From Trichosphaerium sp. ATCC 40318 (Eukaryota; Protista; Tubulinea), in NCBI GenBank assembly GCA_038496445.1, contig JALMLS010000079.1:158758-222757 (forward strand): a DNA stretch of 64,000 bases, read 5' to 3'. Within the stretch, counting starts at the first letter, position 1; the number at the start of each line of letters is the position of its first letter. The position numbers were made by a program, and so were the translations under genes. Below are positions 1 to 13,435 of this stretch, piece after piece. The notes below the pieces were generated by a model. The model had not been told where the DNA came from. It searched no databases and was given only the letters and a program-made list of their open reading frames with translations.

Positions 1-400
1 CCGTATACTCCGCTCCCTTTATACCTGTAAAACAACCATCTCCATGCCGTTTACCCTCTTTCCAGGCTCCAAAATACGATCCACGGCGATGGTACATTGC
101 CATACCAACACCATGTGGCTTACCATTTTGTATTTCGCCTGTATATTGCCAGTATCTGAACTCTAGGGTACCAGCACTGCGTTTTTGTTAGTGAAAACCC
201 AAAAAAAAAGAAAAACACTGTTTTTTGTCTTTGTCGTTAATCAAAAACACGTGATTTTCAGTTGAAACAACGTACAGAGAACTCATGTTTCTTCGTGCAA
301 AATGCCGTTTTCTGGTCCTAACTCGGCTTGTAAGACTATCAATTTCCATGCTTTTCTTTCGGTAATAATATCGCAGGTTATGTTATTTGGGTTTTTCTCT
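1..400 (-). CDS. MORN-repeat protein, partial (runs off window start; 5' end uncertain)
   Basis: Minus-strand exon ~1-180 reads GTLEFRYWQYTGEIQNGKPHGVGMAMYHRRGSYFGAWKEGKRHGDGCFTGIKGAEYT (YxGxWxxGxxHGxG MORN pattern). An upstream exon ~274-400 ends at a GTACGT donor. Confidence 0.75.
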
Positions 401-1757
401 GTTTGTTGTGATGTGTTGCTTATCGTGTTTGGTTTGGGAGTAATTGGGTACGCTGCGGGTTAGCTGAACGCTCTTCACAAGCTTCACAACTAAAGTGTAC
501 TTTGTGACGCGATATCGGTAGTTCATTACGTTCAAGTACTCAAGGAGCAGTATATAAACATTTTTAGAGCGTATTCAGACCATTATAGTAAATCGTTCTG
601 GAATTTACGCTTATACGCGTCAAACTCCGTAACATCTTAGCGTAGTGCAAGATCTACAATAGTAAGGCTACAGGAGCTTTTTTCCAAATGGAAGTATTAA
701 AAAAGGCCGTTGTGAATAGCCAATTTGTTTGAGAACAGTTCGAATACCTTTCGACAAGGAAGGGAGGCTTTTAAGACATTTCGATCATGGAAGCAACGAA
801 AGCAGCTTCAGTTGAGTGAGAGTTCCCAGACAAGTAAGACAAAAAGCAAGGCTAAAAGTCAAAGCGGCTTACAAAACTCAAAGTGAGAAAATTAATAGCT
901 GTGATCAGATTGCTGCTTCATTTCTTCAATACCTTACGGGATATTGGGAACCAAATCAACTACTGCACACAAAATACTACAGCCAGCCCACTAGGCTTGT
1001 ATACCCTCTACTCAATAACAAGTTCTAGAACAAAAATAAAGTTGCTAGAGATTGTCAATAAATTCATCTCCAATTTTTTTGTTATGGTAGATTGTGACCA
1101 CTTCTTGTTTGATTGTTTACGATGGTGAAAATGCATTTTCATTGTAAATTGATCTAGTGAAAAAGTGATACGTGGAATGTTCTCATAAGCTGAAATGAAA
1201 AAAACCTGTTCGTAACACGTGAGCCGTGTCAAAGCATAAAACTAGAAACTAGTATCTCGTTAACGAGGGGTGGAAAGCTGTAATTCACACACAATTAGTC
1301 TGTGAATTAGGTAACTGCCACTCTAGTGTAGAGTACGTGCGTAACGGCAATGTGACGATCTGGAGGGTATTCTGATAATCTTGAGAAAGTTGGTATAACG
1401 CGTCGTACCATTACCACTTTCGACTTACAGTTTTGAGTATTCTAGATATCTAGAGGCGACAGTTAAGCTTCGTTTCGTTTCGTTTCACATGTCTCGTGGC
1501 CTACGAGTTCTCGGGTTGGCGCTTATAAATGCCAAGCAGGTGTACAAACAACAGCGAGGTAGCCATGGAGATATCTTAGTGGGTAGTACTACCTGAAAAT
1601 ACAAGAAAAAACATCGGTTAACGTTTGGGATACAGACCAACAACGTGAAGGCGTCTTCAAACCTGATACCGCCACGTGGGAAAATTAGTTGGAAATATTT
1701 GCCAACAATGTGCGATTTTAAAGAAGTGAATTACCATAATTCTAAGCCTTAAACACG

Positions 1758-3132
1758 ATGCGCACCTCATTGTTTGTTATTCTAGCAATATTAGCAGTGG
1801 CTGCTGCGTTTGACCTGATTTCTATCGACAAGACTAACAGCACTGGAGTATCTTACTGCGGCTCTAAATGCCGTTCGGTCAGCTGCGGACCTAGTTGGAA
1901 CAAGCATAGTTCAGGAAAATGCTGCCCTGTAGTACCTGGATCAAAGAAGTCATGCTCAAAGTCCTGCGCTACAGCAAAATCATGCACCTGCCCACAACAC
2001 ACAAGCTCTTATTCTTTCCCTCAAAAACACTGCTCTTTGGCAAGCGATGAACATTTACTCGAGAAGGAAGCTTTGCTTGGCTCTTACACAAGTGCTCTAC
2101 AAGATTTGAAAGATTGGGCAAACTCAAAAGGAATAGATCGTCCTTCATTTAAAGGACTCATGTTTGCTGCTTTCACGAGTGCCTATCAGGCAGATTTTAG
2201 CAACTTGCAAGCTTTTCAGTTGCTTATGTCACAAACTGATCCAGCACCTCCTTCAAATAAGCTTCCAGGCTTTTTGTTTACAGTACTTACGAGCGCTATT
2301 GGAAACTTGGGTGATGTTGGTACGACTTCTTTTTTTTTTTTTTTTATTGATCTGTCACGTGATTAATTGTATTTCAAAAGGCGGTAATATATCAACTATT
2401 ATAAAACTTGCAAATGGTGGAATTTCAGCTGTAACTACTAATGATAAGAATAAGCATAACCCAGATGTCACATGGAAAGATTTCATTGTTGATAGAATCT
2501 TGGACGCCAATGCAGCAAAGCCTGGTTTGGAAACTGCATTAAATAACTATTTGGTCGCGTACTACAAGCACTATAAGATCCCTACTAGTGGCGTAAAGGG
2601 AACGAAATCTGCAGCTTACGGTCACTTGGCTTCACTTCTCAAAAAGTTCTACGATAGGCCGACATCAACCCAAGCGTTTGTCCATCTCGTAGGCAAGCAA
2701 CTTTTTTCTGAATTCTTTTTTCTTTTTTGAAGTACCAGTACACGTGAAGCTGATATTTTTGTTTTATAGGGGATTATCTTAACTCAGTAAAAGCCGGTAT
2801 TGTCGTATCTGCATGTGGTAGCAAGTTTGAATGGCGTATTTCGAAGTTGAACTCCAATTCAGCACTTACAAGCAAACTTATGCAAAAAATGGGAAACTGT
2901 ATTAACCCTGCCACAAACTTCAAGGACAGACATGGAACTCCAGTGCGTATCGCTCTTTTTAGTTGTGAAGTACGTAACCAGTAAATCAATAACCAAAAAC
3001 AAAGTCAACAATTGGTACTAACTATTTTATTTTTAGCACGCAGTAACAAATGTCAAAAATTCGGCAATTGTTGGCCACCATTCCAGTGATTTCAAAGTAT
3101 GCGGTGTTTCTGCCAAAGACGTAGACTTCTAA
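1758..3132 (+). CDS. Secreted protein with Cys-rich N-terminal segment and helical C-terminal region, function unknown (4 exons)
   Basis: Signal peptide MRTSLFVILAILAVAAA followed by a Cys cluster. Introns at ~2320-2380, 2693-2769 (GC-AG) and ~2970-3036 give an open frame to TAA at 3130-3132. Confidence 0.75.
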
Positions 3133-3577
3133 GTGATGATAGTACCTGGTGCAATGTAACCAATAAAGTACCCTCCCAAATTGTTTGAAAAGTACATTCT
3201 GAAGCTCTTCATTTTGGACCTGTGGTAGTATCTCCAGGCAAGAGATTAACCGTATGGTTAGCTGCTATATGTTTGTTGTTTGTTAGACCATCTTCACACG
3301 CATATCTGAAGAAGCAAGTTGTTCTAGCTTCAGCTTATTCTTTCGCTTCCTGTGTACTAGGTGTAAGTACCCAACATCTAAGTTAGATCACTAAAACGTG
3401 CTTGCTTCCTTTTCATAACCAAGGTAGCCAAAACCAGGTTTTGTATTTTGCGCAAAAAGTCCAGTGTAGTACCGTTTTTCGTACCCTACACGAACTACAA
3501 AGCATCTAGCTATGTTAAACAATACACTAAACGCCAAACATCAAAAGCATGTTATACATACAAGCGTATAAAACCTA

Positions 3578-4016
3578 TTGTCTGAGTGCAAAAACAGCTT
3601 TTTGGACCCTCCCACAGAGATTTTAGCTCATATCTTATGTCAAACAACTAAATCACGATTCGCAGCATATCAAACGTGTCATCACCTTGCTGCTATTGTT
3701 CATGACATTATCGGATACAATGATGTTAAATTTCAAGTATGTGGCAAGCTACAGCAATTCTAAGACATCCAAGTACCCTCCTACATACCGAAATCATTCT
3801 TTGTGCTAGTCAGATTAGAAGGTTTAAACTCTTTTTGCTGCATATGCTATTAATCTCACTTGTACATGCATAGCAGATGAAGGGTTAAAAGCACTTTCGA
3901 ACGTTAATGCTATCTATCTTTATGGTTGCAGGGGAGTTACACATGAAGGAATAAAGGCTCTAACTAGTGTACAAGAAATTCATGCTGAAAGCACTCTGCT
4001 ACAAAAGAAGGTGTGA
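3578..4016 (+). pseudogene. Decayed F-box/LRR gene, related in style to the gene at 51693-52691
   Basis: F-box-like FLDPPTEILAHIL and LRRs (AINLTCTCIADEGLKALSNVNAIYLYGCRGVTHEGIKAL) lie in different frames, separated by an in-frame stop at 3761-3763. Confidence 0.6.
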
Positions 4017-4524
4017 GCTGTTTTCGTAATAGGATAAAACTAGGGGGTGGCCTCTTAATTACAGCCAAAGTTATTTTAAAATATTGAATTGTAATTGCAA
4101 CAATATATCAGTTAAAGAATTGCATTTAAAGCGCCCTTCAATGAAGAGTTGTTTTTCAGTTTTATTTAATTTACTTTTGATGTTGAGAATATATTGAGAT
4201 TAAATCTTTTATAAACCAGGGGAGTTATGAAGGACTAAAGGTTCTAACTACTATGGTACGTATGAGTTTACCAAGATTGACAAACTTCTTTTATAAGACA
4301 ACTAACACGGCCACATGCAACTCATGGAAAACTCAACACTGAAGCGTTCTTGCGATTATAAAGCTCGCATTCACTGTATGCTGGTATGGGCTCCTTTCTT
4401 TATTTTTTTTTGAGGCAAAAAGCTTCTTTTATTTTTTTTTTTCAAAATCTCAGTATTGAGACCTTACTGTACTCAACTCTAGCATTAAGATGTCATACAG
4501 TATGAACTGATTAAAGTGGCGTCA

Positions 4525-6354
4525 TTATTTAGCGAATTTGATCCATTTTCCTGCTTCGGCCTGAAAAAACATTGAGTTTTAGAAATCACGTGATTTGTGA
4601 TAAAATTGATATTAGTACGTACCTTTGGGTAAACAGCTTTGAGCATAGTTAACCATTTTTTTGAACCTTCATCGTATTTGCAAAGATAAAACTTGCAAGA
4701 GCGTCCTCCTGAGTTAGGTAACGTTGGACCATCCGTAAGCTTAACAGTAACTGAATTTCCTGGAGATGGAAGTTTTTTCAATTCTTGAAGCCTAGACACG
4801 TGTCAGTATTCGCTAAAAGTTTTCTTCATGTACCCTCCGAAAGGACCTTCAATACGCCAACGACCAGTAACTTTACCAGTAGCACCAAAGGTGATCTATT
4901 GGTGAAGTTAATAAGCGCGACTTGCGCCTGTTTTTTTTTTTTAGATATTTTTCTTGTACCTCTTCAGCGCCTTCGTCACGACCTCTTGGATCAGGTAGAA
5001 TGGCAACAACAGTTACAGGGCCCTTATTGAAGGTTACTTCACCTCTTGCTTCATCCAATGCGTTTTCATCTGCATTAGTGATGGCAACGAGAACGCTGTC
5101 TTGAAGCCACAATTTTTGATTTTCAATCAAAGGATTATTGTATCCTTAAAAACAAGACAATTAGTTTTTGAAGATCGTCAATCGAAGTGTACCTTTACAG
5201 AATGGTAAAGACTTTACCCAGTTGTTGTACGCTTTTTCCCAAGCGGAAGGAGGATCTAAAAAACATCAAATTAATTTTCTTGTTTACGTCGAGAAAAAAA
5301 ACTTTCTCCTTACCATGTAAGGCCCATTTCTTCAACGTGGCTACTTCGTTTGGGTACAAGTTATTCAATCTGTACATGATAGACATGTATATCATTGCGC
5401 GAGCAACATCACCTCTATGACAAAAGTATAAGAGAAATTCCAGTTTTTTGTTTTACACATTTTCTTTTTTTGCTTACTTGCTGCGATTTGGTACAATCCA
5501 CTCATGCTCTTCGTCCAAACCAACTCCTTTATAAGCGGCTGTGCCCTTGAATCTAAGTGGTTTATGTTTTACACCATCTCCATCGAGGTCAAAAGGATAA
5601 CACCTTTATTTCTTGTAAGTACGCTAAATTATGATAATGCGCTTTGTTACGCACTCTCTCATTTTGTTTACTGTTTGGTGAGACGCTGCCATGTTAAACA
5701 AATTAGTTGTCGCTCCGGCAAAAATATTAGGGTGTTGTTTCAAGAACTTAGGGTACTACAAGGAGATGGTTAGTACAAGCATATTTCGATAAAAACCCCG
5801 AACAAAAATTAGCGATAAGGACTTGAAAATATACGCACTTTGGCTTGCATTTGTTGACAAAGAACGTCCTTTGGTAACACGTGCTCGATAGATTGTTTAC
5901 GATCTTTTAGTAGTTTGTTGATATCCATTTTCTCGTCAGCGGCGTATACAGGAGGCACTTGTAGGTAAGGATACTTGCCATTGATTTTCTGGGACAAAAA
6001 AACGCCTTTAGATAAAAAAAAAAATAGCGCAATAGGTGACGCTATTACCACACTCGTACTTGAGAGAAAAAGTTCCAAAAGTACTGTTTACGCTCCTTCC
6101 ACGTCCAAGCTTTCTGATTTGGACTACCATATTTATCTCGGAGATGCTCATCGTACCAACAATTAAAACTATCCGGATTACCTTTAAAACAGAGTTGTTT
6201 TAGTATTTAATCACGTGATTGTAAAAGATATACCGCTTGGTGGACACGCGCGTTTCCTAAAGTCATTTGCGTTTGGAGGACGCTTAGCTGCTGGTTTTGG
6301 GTGCGGCTTTTTAGCTGCGGAACCGTCTTTCGTAAGAGCCGATTTAAAGTCCAT
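4525..6354 (-). CDS. Endonuclease I (EndA/Vvn-type His-metal nuclease) domain protein with basic N-terminus and C-terminal extension, multi-exon
   Basis: The spliced product contains SIEHVLP, TNLFNMAASHQTVNKMR, RGDVARAMIYMSIMY, LKKWALH..DPSAWEKAYN and GYNNPLIEN. These match Endonuclease I motifs (EHxxP; DLHNL..VNxxR; GDxARxxxYM; W..DP..E..RN; GNRNPF) in order. Confidence 0.8.
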
Positions 6355-6627
6355 ACTGCGAGAAACAATCTGAGAAATACGTTGACGATTTTTGCCAAAA
6401 CAGGACAAGTTTTCGTATTTTTGTAGGTACAGCGAAGGAATAGTTGTCACACAACATACGTAACAGAATATGATAAGATGAGAGTGATTAAATGTTACAA
6501 CAAGCTGGCTCCCAAACTACTCAATGGATGCTCTGTTTACGGTTGTTTACGCAAGGTAATGTTGATAGGGAATAGTGATTTATTCAAGTTGTTGTGAGAT
6601 AACACGGTATCTTTATTCAAGAGATTC

Positions 6628-7944
6628 TTATGGTGCAGGTTCAACCATAAATGTAGGAGATCCAACAGGAGCGAAACATCGTTGTTGAGTGTTGACCCTT
6701 TTGATATGATCATGTTAGTTTAAAACAATGAACAAAAGCTACAACGTACACATTAGTGCTTGCATGTGATCGTGTTATTGCTCCACTATCGTGTATTACC
6801 CATGGTTGGAATTCTGAGATTGTTCCAGTTCCTAAACGATTCTTAGAGAACAGTGCATAGAAATACAACCAGTCAGTGTGACATACCTATAAATGTTCCA
6901 TTGAAGGTACAGCTAACAAGGCTTCCAGCTACCAAAGATGCTCTTGAAGTTGCAAAGTCGTTGATACCAGGTACAGGATTGAACTGATATAAACAAATAG
7001 ATTGTAAAGAGTATCATTTAGAAAGTAGAAGGTACCTCAGGCATATCACATTCAATTCCATCAGCGGCAACAATGCCGTTTGTGAATGGAAACTCAATTG
7101 ACATCTCTTCGAATGAACTTCCTGTGTTACTACAAACAACATCAACTCTGAATTGGTTGCCTACAGAGGTATGAATAAGATGAACAATTGAAAAAAGTAG
7201 TATTTGTACCAACAGTTGCGCTTGAATCAAGGAATAATCTGTGCTCACAAATAATCTTAGTCGAGGTACACATGAAATCAAGAACAACAAATCGGCTTTC
7301 AGGAGCGTGAACATCAATTTTAAGACTCAGTTCGGTTACAGAGGTTGGCAGAACATGAAAGAATGGAATACAAACAGAAGTTCTTTGAGTGATATTTTGG
7401 AACACGTGTGTTGATACTTGATAGACGTCATTATTCTTTACACTGATTGTCGCTGATGCTCCTTCATTTGCAAAAAACAAATGAAGTAACCAGCAATCTA
7501 AGAGTATTTAGAGGCACACGTACACAAAGAGCGACTAACGTACCAGGACTCCATTCTTCTGTGAAATTGATTGGAGGGTTCATAGAGTTTGGTGGACTTG
7601 CGTATGGATAACCAGAGTATGTGATTGTTGCGTGGGTACCACAAGCGCCAATAGTTGATGCTGAAGCGCCATATGCGTTGCTTGAGCTCAAGTGAGATCG
7701 AATGAGAAGTGAGTTAGGAAGTGCATTTGGGTTGTTTGATACACCAACAGCCACAACTTCACGGGCGCACTTCTGAAAATTCAAAGAACCAATCCTCGAA
7801 TATCCACACTTAAACACTACATGCATAGATGTCTAGAGTCACTCTGGCAATATTTGATGATGAGAGATGTAACGTGAAAAATAGTAGAGAAAAACAACGA
7901 GAAAATTGTGCAAAGTGTGTATGTGTACAGACACAAAGACACAT
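6628..7944 (-). CDS. Probable secreted beta-rich protein of unknown function (one frameshift in a T-run near 7195)
   Basis: ORFs 7464-7826, 7142-7480 and 7018-7317 join through GT/GC-AG introns. The N-terminus is hydrophobic, and the last exon reads ...RCFAPVGSPTFMVEPAP* (stop 6628-6630). Confidence 0.55.
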
Positions 7945-7981
7945 GTGTTGTGATTCATAAAAATAATATCAGTTCAATGCT

Positions 7982-8330
7982 GTACCTGGTATCAACGACT
8001 TTGCAACTTCAAGAGCATCTTTGGTAGCTGGAAGCCTTGTTAGCTGTACCTTCAATGGAACATTTATAGGTATGTCACACTGACTGGTTGTATTTCTATG
8101 CACTGTTCTCTAAGAATCGTTTTAGGAACAGGAACAATCTCAGAATTCCAACCATGGGTAATGCACGATACTGGAGCAATAACACGATCACATGCAAGCA
8201 CTAATGTGTATGTTTATTTTTTCTGTAGTGTGAGTTAACTAACGCCACATCAAAAGAGTCAACACTCAACAACGATGTTTCGCTCCTGTTGGATCTCCTA
8301 CATTTATGGTCGTACCTGCACCATAAGAAT
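7982..8330 (+). repeat. Inverted copy of the 3' end (6625-6973) of the neighbouring minus-strand gene
   Basis: 7982-8210 is a near-exact reverse complement of 6748-6973, and 8258-8330 matches 6625-6697. Introns are retained, so this is a DNA-level duplication. Confidence 0.9.
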
Positions 8331-8606
8331 GAATACAAGTCGCCGCACAACTTGAAATAAATTGTTATTCGCAAAATTAATAGCGACACTATGTGTTGTT
8401 TCTCGTTCTATCTGTTTTCAAGTATTCAGAACAAGTCTCTTCTTTTTTATCAAACAATTTCAATGTACGTACTTTTTTCAAGTGATACTGTACACCTAAC
8501 GTTTGTCACGAACCCGTACAAAATTATCACACTACAGTATTAAAAAATATCACGTGACTTGTCAGATTTGTAGTATATTTGTTATTTTCCAGAAATCCTT
8601 TTTCAA

Positions 8607-10200
8607 ATGAAGCAACACGTCTCAATAATCATTCTTATCGCTGTAATACTTTCTATTATATCACCATGCGCATGCTTACCAAACCCTGGGTTCCTATTCT
8701 TATCGATACGTGATACTCTTGTCATTCAATCATCAGACTTGGCTTTTAACGGTACCATACAGACAAACACAACAACAAACCCATTTTTTTGACTATTTCC
8801 TCAACTATTTTGCTAACACTGTTTTCAGACTTTGGTGATACCCAATTTGATACTGGTATACGAGCAGAACTGGGTCCGGGTGCAGACACCATGGTGAGTA
8901 AGTGTAACTTTTTTTCGCCTTCAAAAAGTTGTTTACACTCATTTTAATCAGTACCTTCGTTGGATGGCCAAATGGTATTGTTTGGCTCTACAACATCAAA
9001 CAGAATAAGTATGGTTATATCGGTGAGAGCATTAGACAATACAGAGATTTGTTCTGGGCTTGTAAACACGGGGATTTCGGCTGGATTTTTTGTTGATGAC
9101 ACTGTATTCTTCGCAATGCAACGTTCTTCTACAGTGATCACCCGTTACCACCTTGACACCTCAAATGTTGATGATTGTATATCTGGGCCTATATCAACTT
9201 GTACAATTACACGTCCTTTCTCAAACACCCGAATACAAGGAAGTACGCAGTTTGTTAGAAAGGATAATTTTGTTTTTTGATTCTTTAAAAGCTGTTACTC
9301 TTTTCTCCAGTGTCACCCACGTGTCTTATGATTATTGTAGTGACTGGTGGAGGAAGTGAAATAATGTATCTTTCCATTGAAGGAGTTTTTAGTACTGCCA
9401 GTACATCCTTTTATGAAGTTCAAGTATCTGCTCTCTTTTCGGATTCTTGCGAACTTGATGTATCGTTACTTCCACAACTTGGAGATACAATCATGGGCAT
9501 ATATAGAATAACTATACTTGATGAGAATAGACTCCTTGCATCTTCTGGTGGTGACACAATTACAATTGATAAGGCGACTGGTACTACTAGGTTGTTTAAT
9601 TTCGCTAAACAGTCATGTGTTATAGGCGAACAAATGGCTTATTTTACAGCACCAATAGGTTCCCCTAATCTACAACCTACTTTTTATTCTACTACAGCGT
9701 TTTGTGCTCCACGAGTACGTCACTTTTAAACTTGTTTATTTTATCTATTCACAAACATGATTGTTTTTTAGATCACACCGGAGATGACCGCTTTAAGGAT
9801 TCAGTTATTATCTCAGTAAAGTACCAAGTTTCAGACAATAAAAATAAAGGTTCCAACCGAGTAGCATGCTTTCTTTGGGTAGCAAAAAAGGAACTTTTAA
9901 TTCCTTATTTAGCATCAACCCGTCGAATGAATATTCCGGCCAAATCCGCTTAAACAGTTATGTCCACTTATCCCTAACGTTAGGTCGCAAACAACGCTGT
10001 TTAGAAACAAATTACCGTATGAATCATTGCGTTGGTTTGTATCTGATGACGTGCTGTATAATGTGCACTACCTCCACCTGCCACCAACTTTCATTTTCCA
10101 ACCGATTCCCACCACAGTAGCATCAACAATACCAACTACATGGTCCATGATACATATTTACAAAACCCTAATCATGGCTGTATTTACCACCTTATACTGA
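8607..10200 (+). CDS. Secreted/GPI-type surface protein, copy A
   Basis: Signal peptide MKQHVSIIILIAVILSIISPCAC. Exons match ORFs 8960, 9310 and 9866. A Pro/Thr stretch and hydrophobic tail (..PIPTTVASTIPTTWSMIHIYKTLIMAVFTTLY*) end at TGA 10198-10200. Confidence 0.65.
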
Positions 10201-10871
10201 TCACCAAGAGGGTTGTTGGTCGTATGGTGTTTTGGTAAGGGAGTCCAAAGGATTTGTAGGATGTATTTGTGTAATATTCCATGTCAATGTACATACATAC
10301 ATTAAAAAACAAATAAATAGTGAAGAGGGAGCCAAGGCTCGCTCCGCTCGCTTGAAAAAAAAAAAAATTTGTACAGATCACCAAGAAACACATATTCAAT
10401 AATTGGCCAATTAACTACAAAACTAAAAGTTCCGCACAAAAACTAAAAGTTCCTCACACAACTTCCCGTACACTACACATTGCTAGATCTTTGTAAAACA
10501 GCACTAGAACACCCTTCGAAATCGCTACCTTAAGAAAATCTGGCGGGCTGCTGCGAGTGGGTACACATTGACGCTAGTAAAACTCGCCGTTTTTTTAGCG
10601 GTATACAAACTTAGAAGTGAAAATATAGTATATACACTGTATATTATCACGTGATAGCCAGTTTTTCTACGCCGATGCTGACGTGATAGAGATGGGTCGG
10701 GTTTTTTTGTCCGCTATTGTCGGCCAATCCTTAAACACGTATAATATTGTATTTGTACACCTTCGGAGGCCATAGGTTCGTTTTAAACTCTTTGCCAAAA
10801 CTTTTGTGATTCGTATACTTTCTTTGCTTAACCAACAAACGTGTTAAGCTGACATAAAATACAAACCAAGC

Positions 10872-13435
10872 ATGATGAGCAACGACTCTACTGCTCTTTC
10901 AGTACTACTTTTTCTTTCTGTAGTCACTCTCGTATCTAGTAGTACGTTAACAAAGGATAAATTAAGTCACCATGGCACAGTTCTGATTGGTTTTTTTTAG
11001 CAACTTTTACAGCATCCATCATTGGAGATCAAACATGTCGCGAAGGATCAAGCCCAATGAATGTACCTACAAACACACTTTCTTGGGGAAGTAACGGAAG
11101 GTTCTCTGTCATAAAGTTCCGTATCTTTGATGACGAAGGTGGTTCAGTACCACGTGGAGCTACTATTGACTCTGCGACTTTAACTTTTATTGGTGAAAAC
11201 AATGGCGAATATCGCGGAAACATTTACAGATCGGCTGTTGATTGGCAAGAAAGTACTGTCAGTTACGCAAACTTTGGCCCTTCTCCTGGAGCCGATACAG
11301 CAGATTTCAGCGGTCCTTTGATAGCTGGATTTGATGATACACGAAGAAACCAACCTCTTACTATTGATGTTACAAGCGCAGTTTTAGCTTGGAATAGCGG
11401 TCAAAACAACTTCGGTTTTGTCATTGTACCAGGTAAGGGAGTATGTAAAATATTTTTACTGATGTTATGTTTAGATGGTAACGGTAGAGGCAACTCGGCA
11501 GTTTACTCTTCAGAATCACAAGATGATCCTGTTCTTGAGATTGAAGTCCGTCAAGAGTACCAAGGATACGATGGCTCTGATAACAACGTTAATAACCCAA
11601 CGTTTGGCGCTGTTAATACACCTCTGTTACGCCAAGTAATGAGTAACGGAGGTAACATTGTCATACCAACGTCATATGCTGATGGTCTATCTGCAGTACG
11701 CTAACATTGCCATTTTTTTGTTTGCGACTTTATTAACTTTAATCGCTAGCCACGTGAATTAGATTCTAGCGGTAACCCTCTTCCTTCAGTTCGATTAGTA
11801 AGTAATCTTGTTGCCGGTCATGTTGAACAAAGATCACGTGCAAGAAACCCAAGAAGGTAATTGTTTTCACAAAACAACTTTCATTTGTCGCGTTTATTCC
11901 CTTGTTCTCATACGGTGTACTCTAGACATACTGATTTATTGACATATTTTGGTCAATTCATCGACCATGATATTGATTTAACACCAGAAGGTGGTGATGA
12001 CTTCAATATTGTAATACCTGCAGGCGATCCAATCTTCACAGGAGAATTTCATTTTACAAGAGCAGTACCAATATCTGGAACTCCCGCAAATCAACCCCTC
12101 GAACATCCAAACGTCATCAGTGCTTACATCGATGGTTCGATGGTATACGGAAACAGTGTCGAGCACGCCAATAGTTTGAGAACAATGTACGTTCTGAAAT
12201 TTTATCAGTTTTTTTGTCGTTTTGAGATTAAGTTTATGTTTAGGAATAACGGACTTATGAAAACAAGTGCTGGTGATTTCTTGCCTTTTAATCTTGCTGA
12301 ACTTAACCTTGAAATGGGAAATATTGGATTTGTTTCAGATGAGGAAATATACGCTGCTGGTGATGTCAGAGTCAATGAAAACGCTGTTTTGACTTGTTTG
12401 CATACTCTTTTTGTTAGAGAGCATAACAGAATAGCTGGAGAGCTTCAAACAGATAACCCAACTTGGTCAGATGAGAGACTATTCCAAGAAGCTAGACGTC
12501 GTGTCATTGCTACTATACAATCCATTACAATGTATGAATGGCTTCCAGAGATCATTGGAAACATACCAAACTACACTGTACGTCCAGAGCTCCAACATTT
12601 TTTTCTCTGAAGTAGCCACCAACCTTACTCTTTCTTGATTTCAGGGCTACAACGACAATGTTAATCCTGGTATCATGAACGTATTCTCAGGAGCTGCATT
12701 CCGATTTGGACACAGTCTCATCAGCACTGTAATTCACAGAGTTGATCCAGACTTTCACTCTATCTCACAAGGACCTATACTCCTTCGTAACGCTTTTTTC
12801 AACCCTGTTGCTATTCAATACGGTATTGGTTCTATGCTAAGAGGCGTCATGATGCAACAACACGAAGCAGTCGATGTACTTGTAAGTGATGACTTGAGGA
12901 ACTTCCTATTCCAAAACGTTGGAGGCGGTGGAGCTCAAACACATGATTTGATATCATTCAACCTTCAAAGAGGTAGAGACTTAGGTCTACCTGACTACAA
13001 CACACTTCGTGCAGCATACGGTTTTTCAAGAATGAACGACTTCTCTGATGTATCAAGCGACCCTGGAACTGTAAATGCGCTTGCTACTGCATATGCGAGT
13101 GTTGATGACATTGATCCGTTCATAGGTGGTCTAGCTGAAGGTACTAGTTCATTACTTAACTATCACGTGACTTATTTTTATTTTTAGATCAACTTCCGAA
13201 TAGTAAACTTGGTGAGTTGTTCACAGCTATACTCAGAGACCAATTCACAAGATTGAGAAGTGGTGATAGATTTTGGTTTGAAAATGGACACTTTAGCGCT
13301 CAAGAGACTCAAGAGTTGTTGAACACTAAAATGCTTGATGTAATTATTCGTAATACTGACACAAGATCATCAACAGCTCGAGATTTTAGCTCTGCTTTTT
13401 CTCTAAGCGATTCATCAGATGTACCTAACTTGTAA
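10872..13435 (+). CDS. Secreted animal-type heme peroxidase (peroxidase-cyclooxygenase superfamily) with N-terminal DNRLRE/CBM96-like domain
   Basis: Signal peptide, then VPRGATIDSATL..DWQESTVSY..IDVTSAVLAW..NFGFVI (DNRLRE-like). Peroxidase motifs follow: FGQFIDHD (distal His), AGDVRVNEN..LHTLFVREHNR, AAFRFGHS (proximal His), NLQRGRDLGLPDYN, DQFTRLRSGDRFWFEN. Confidence 0.92.
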
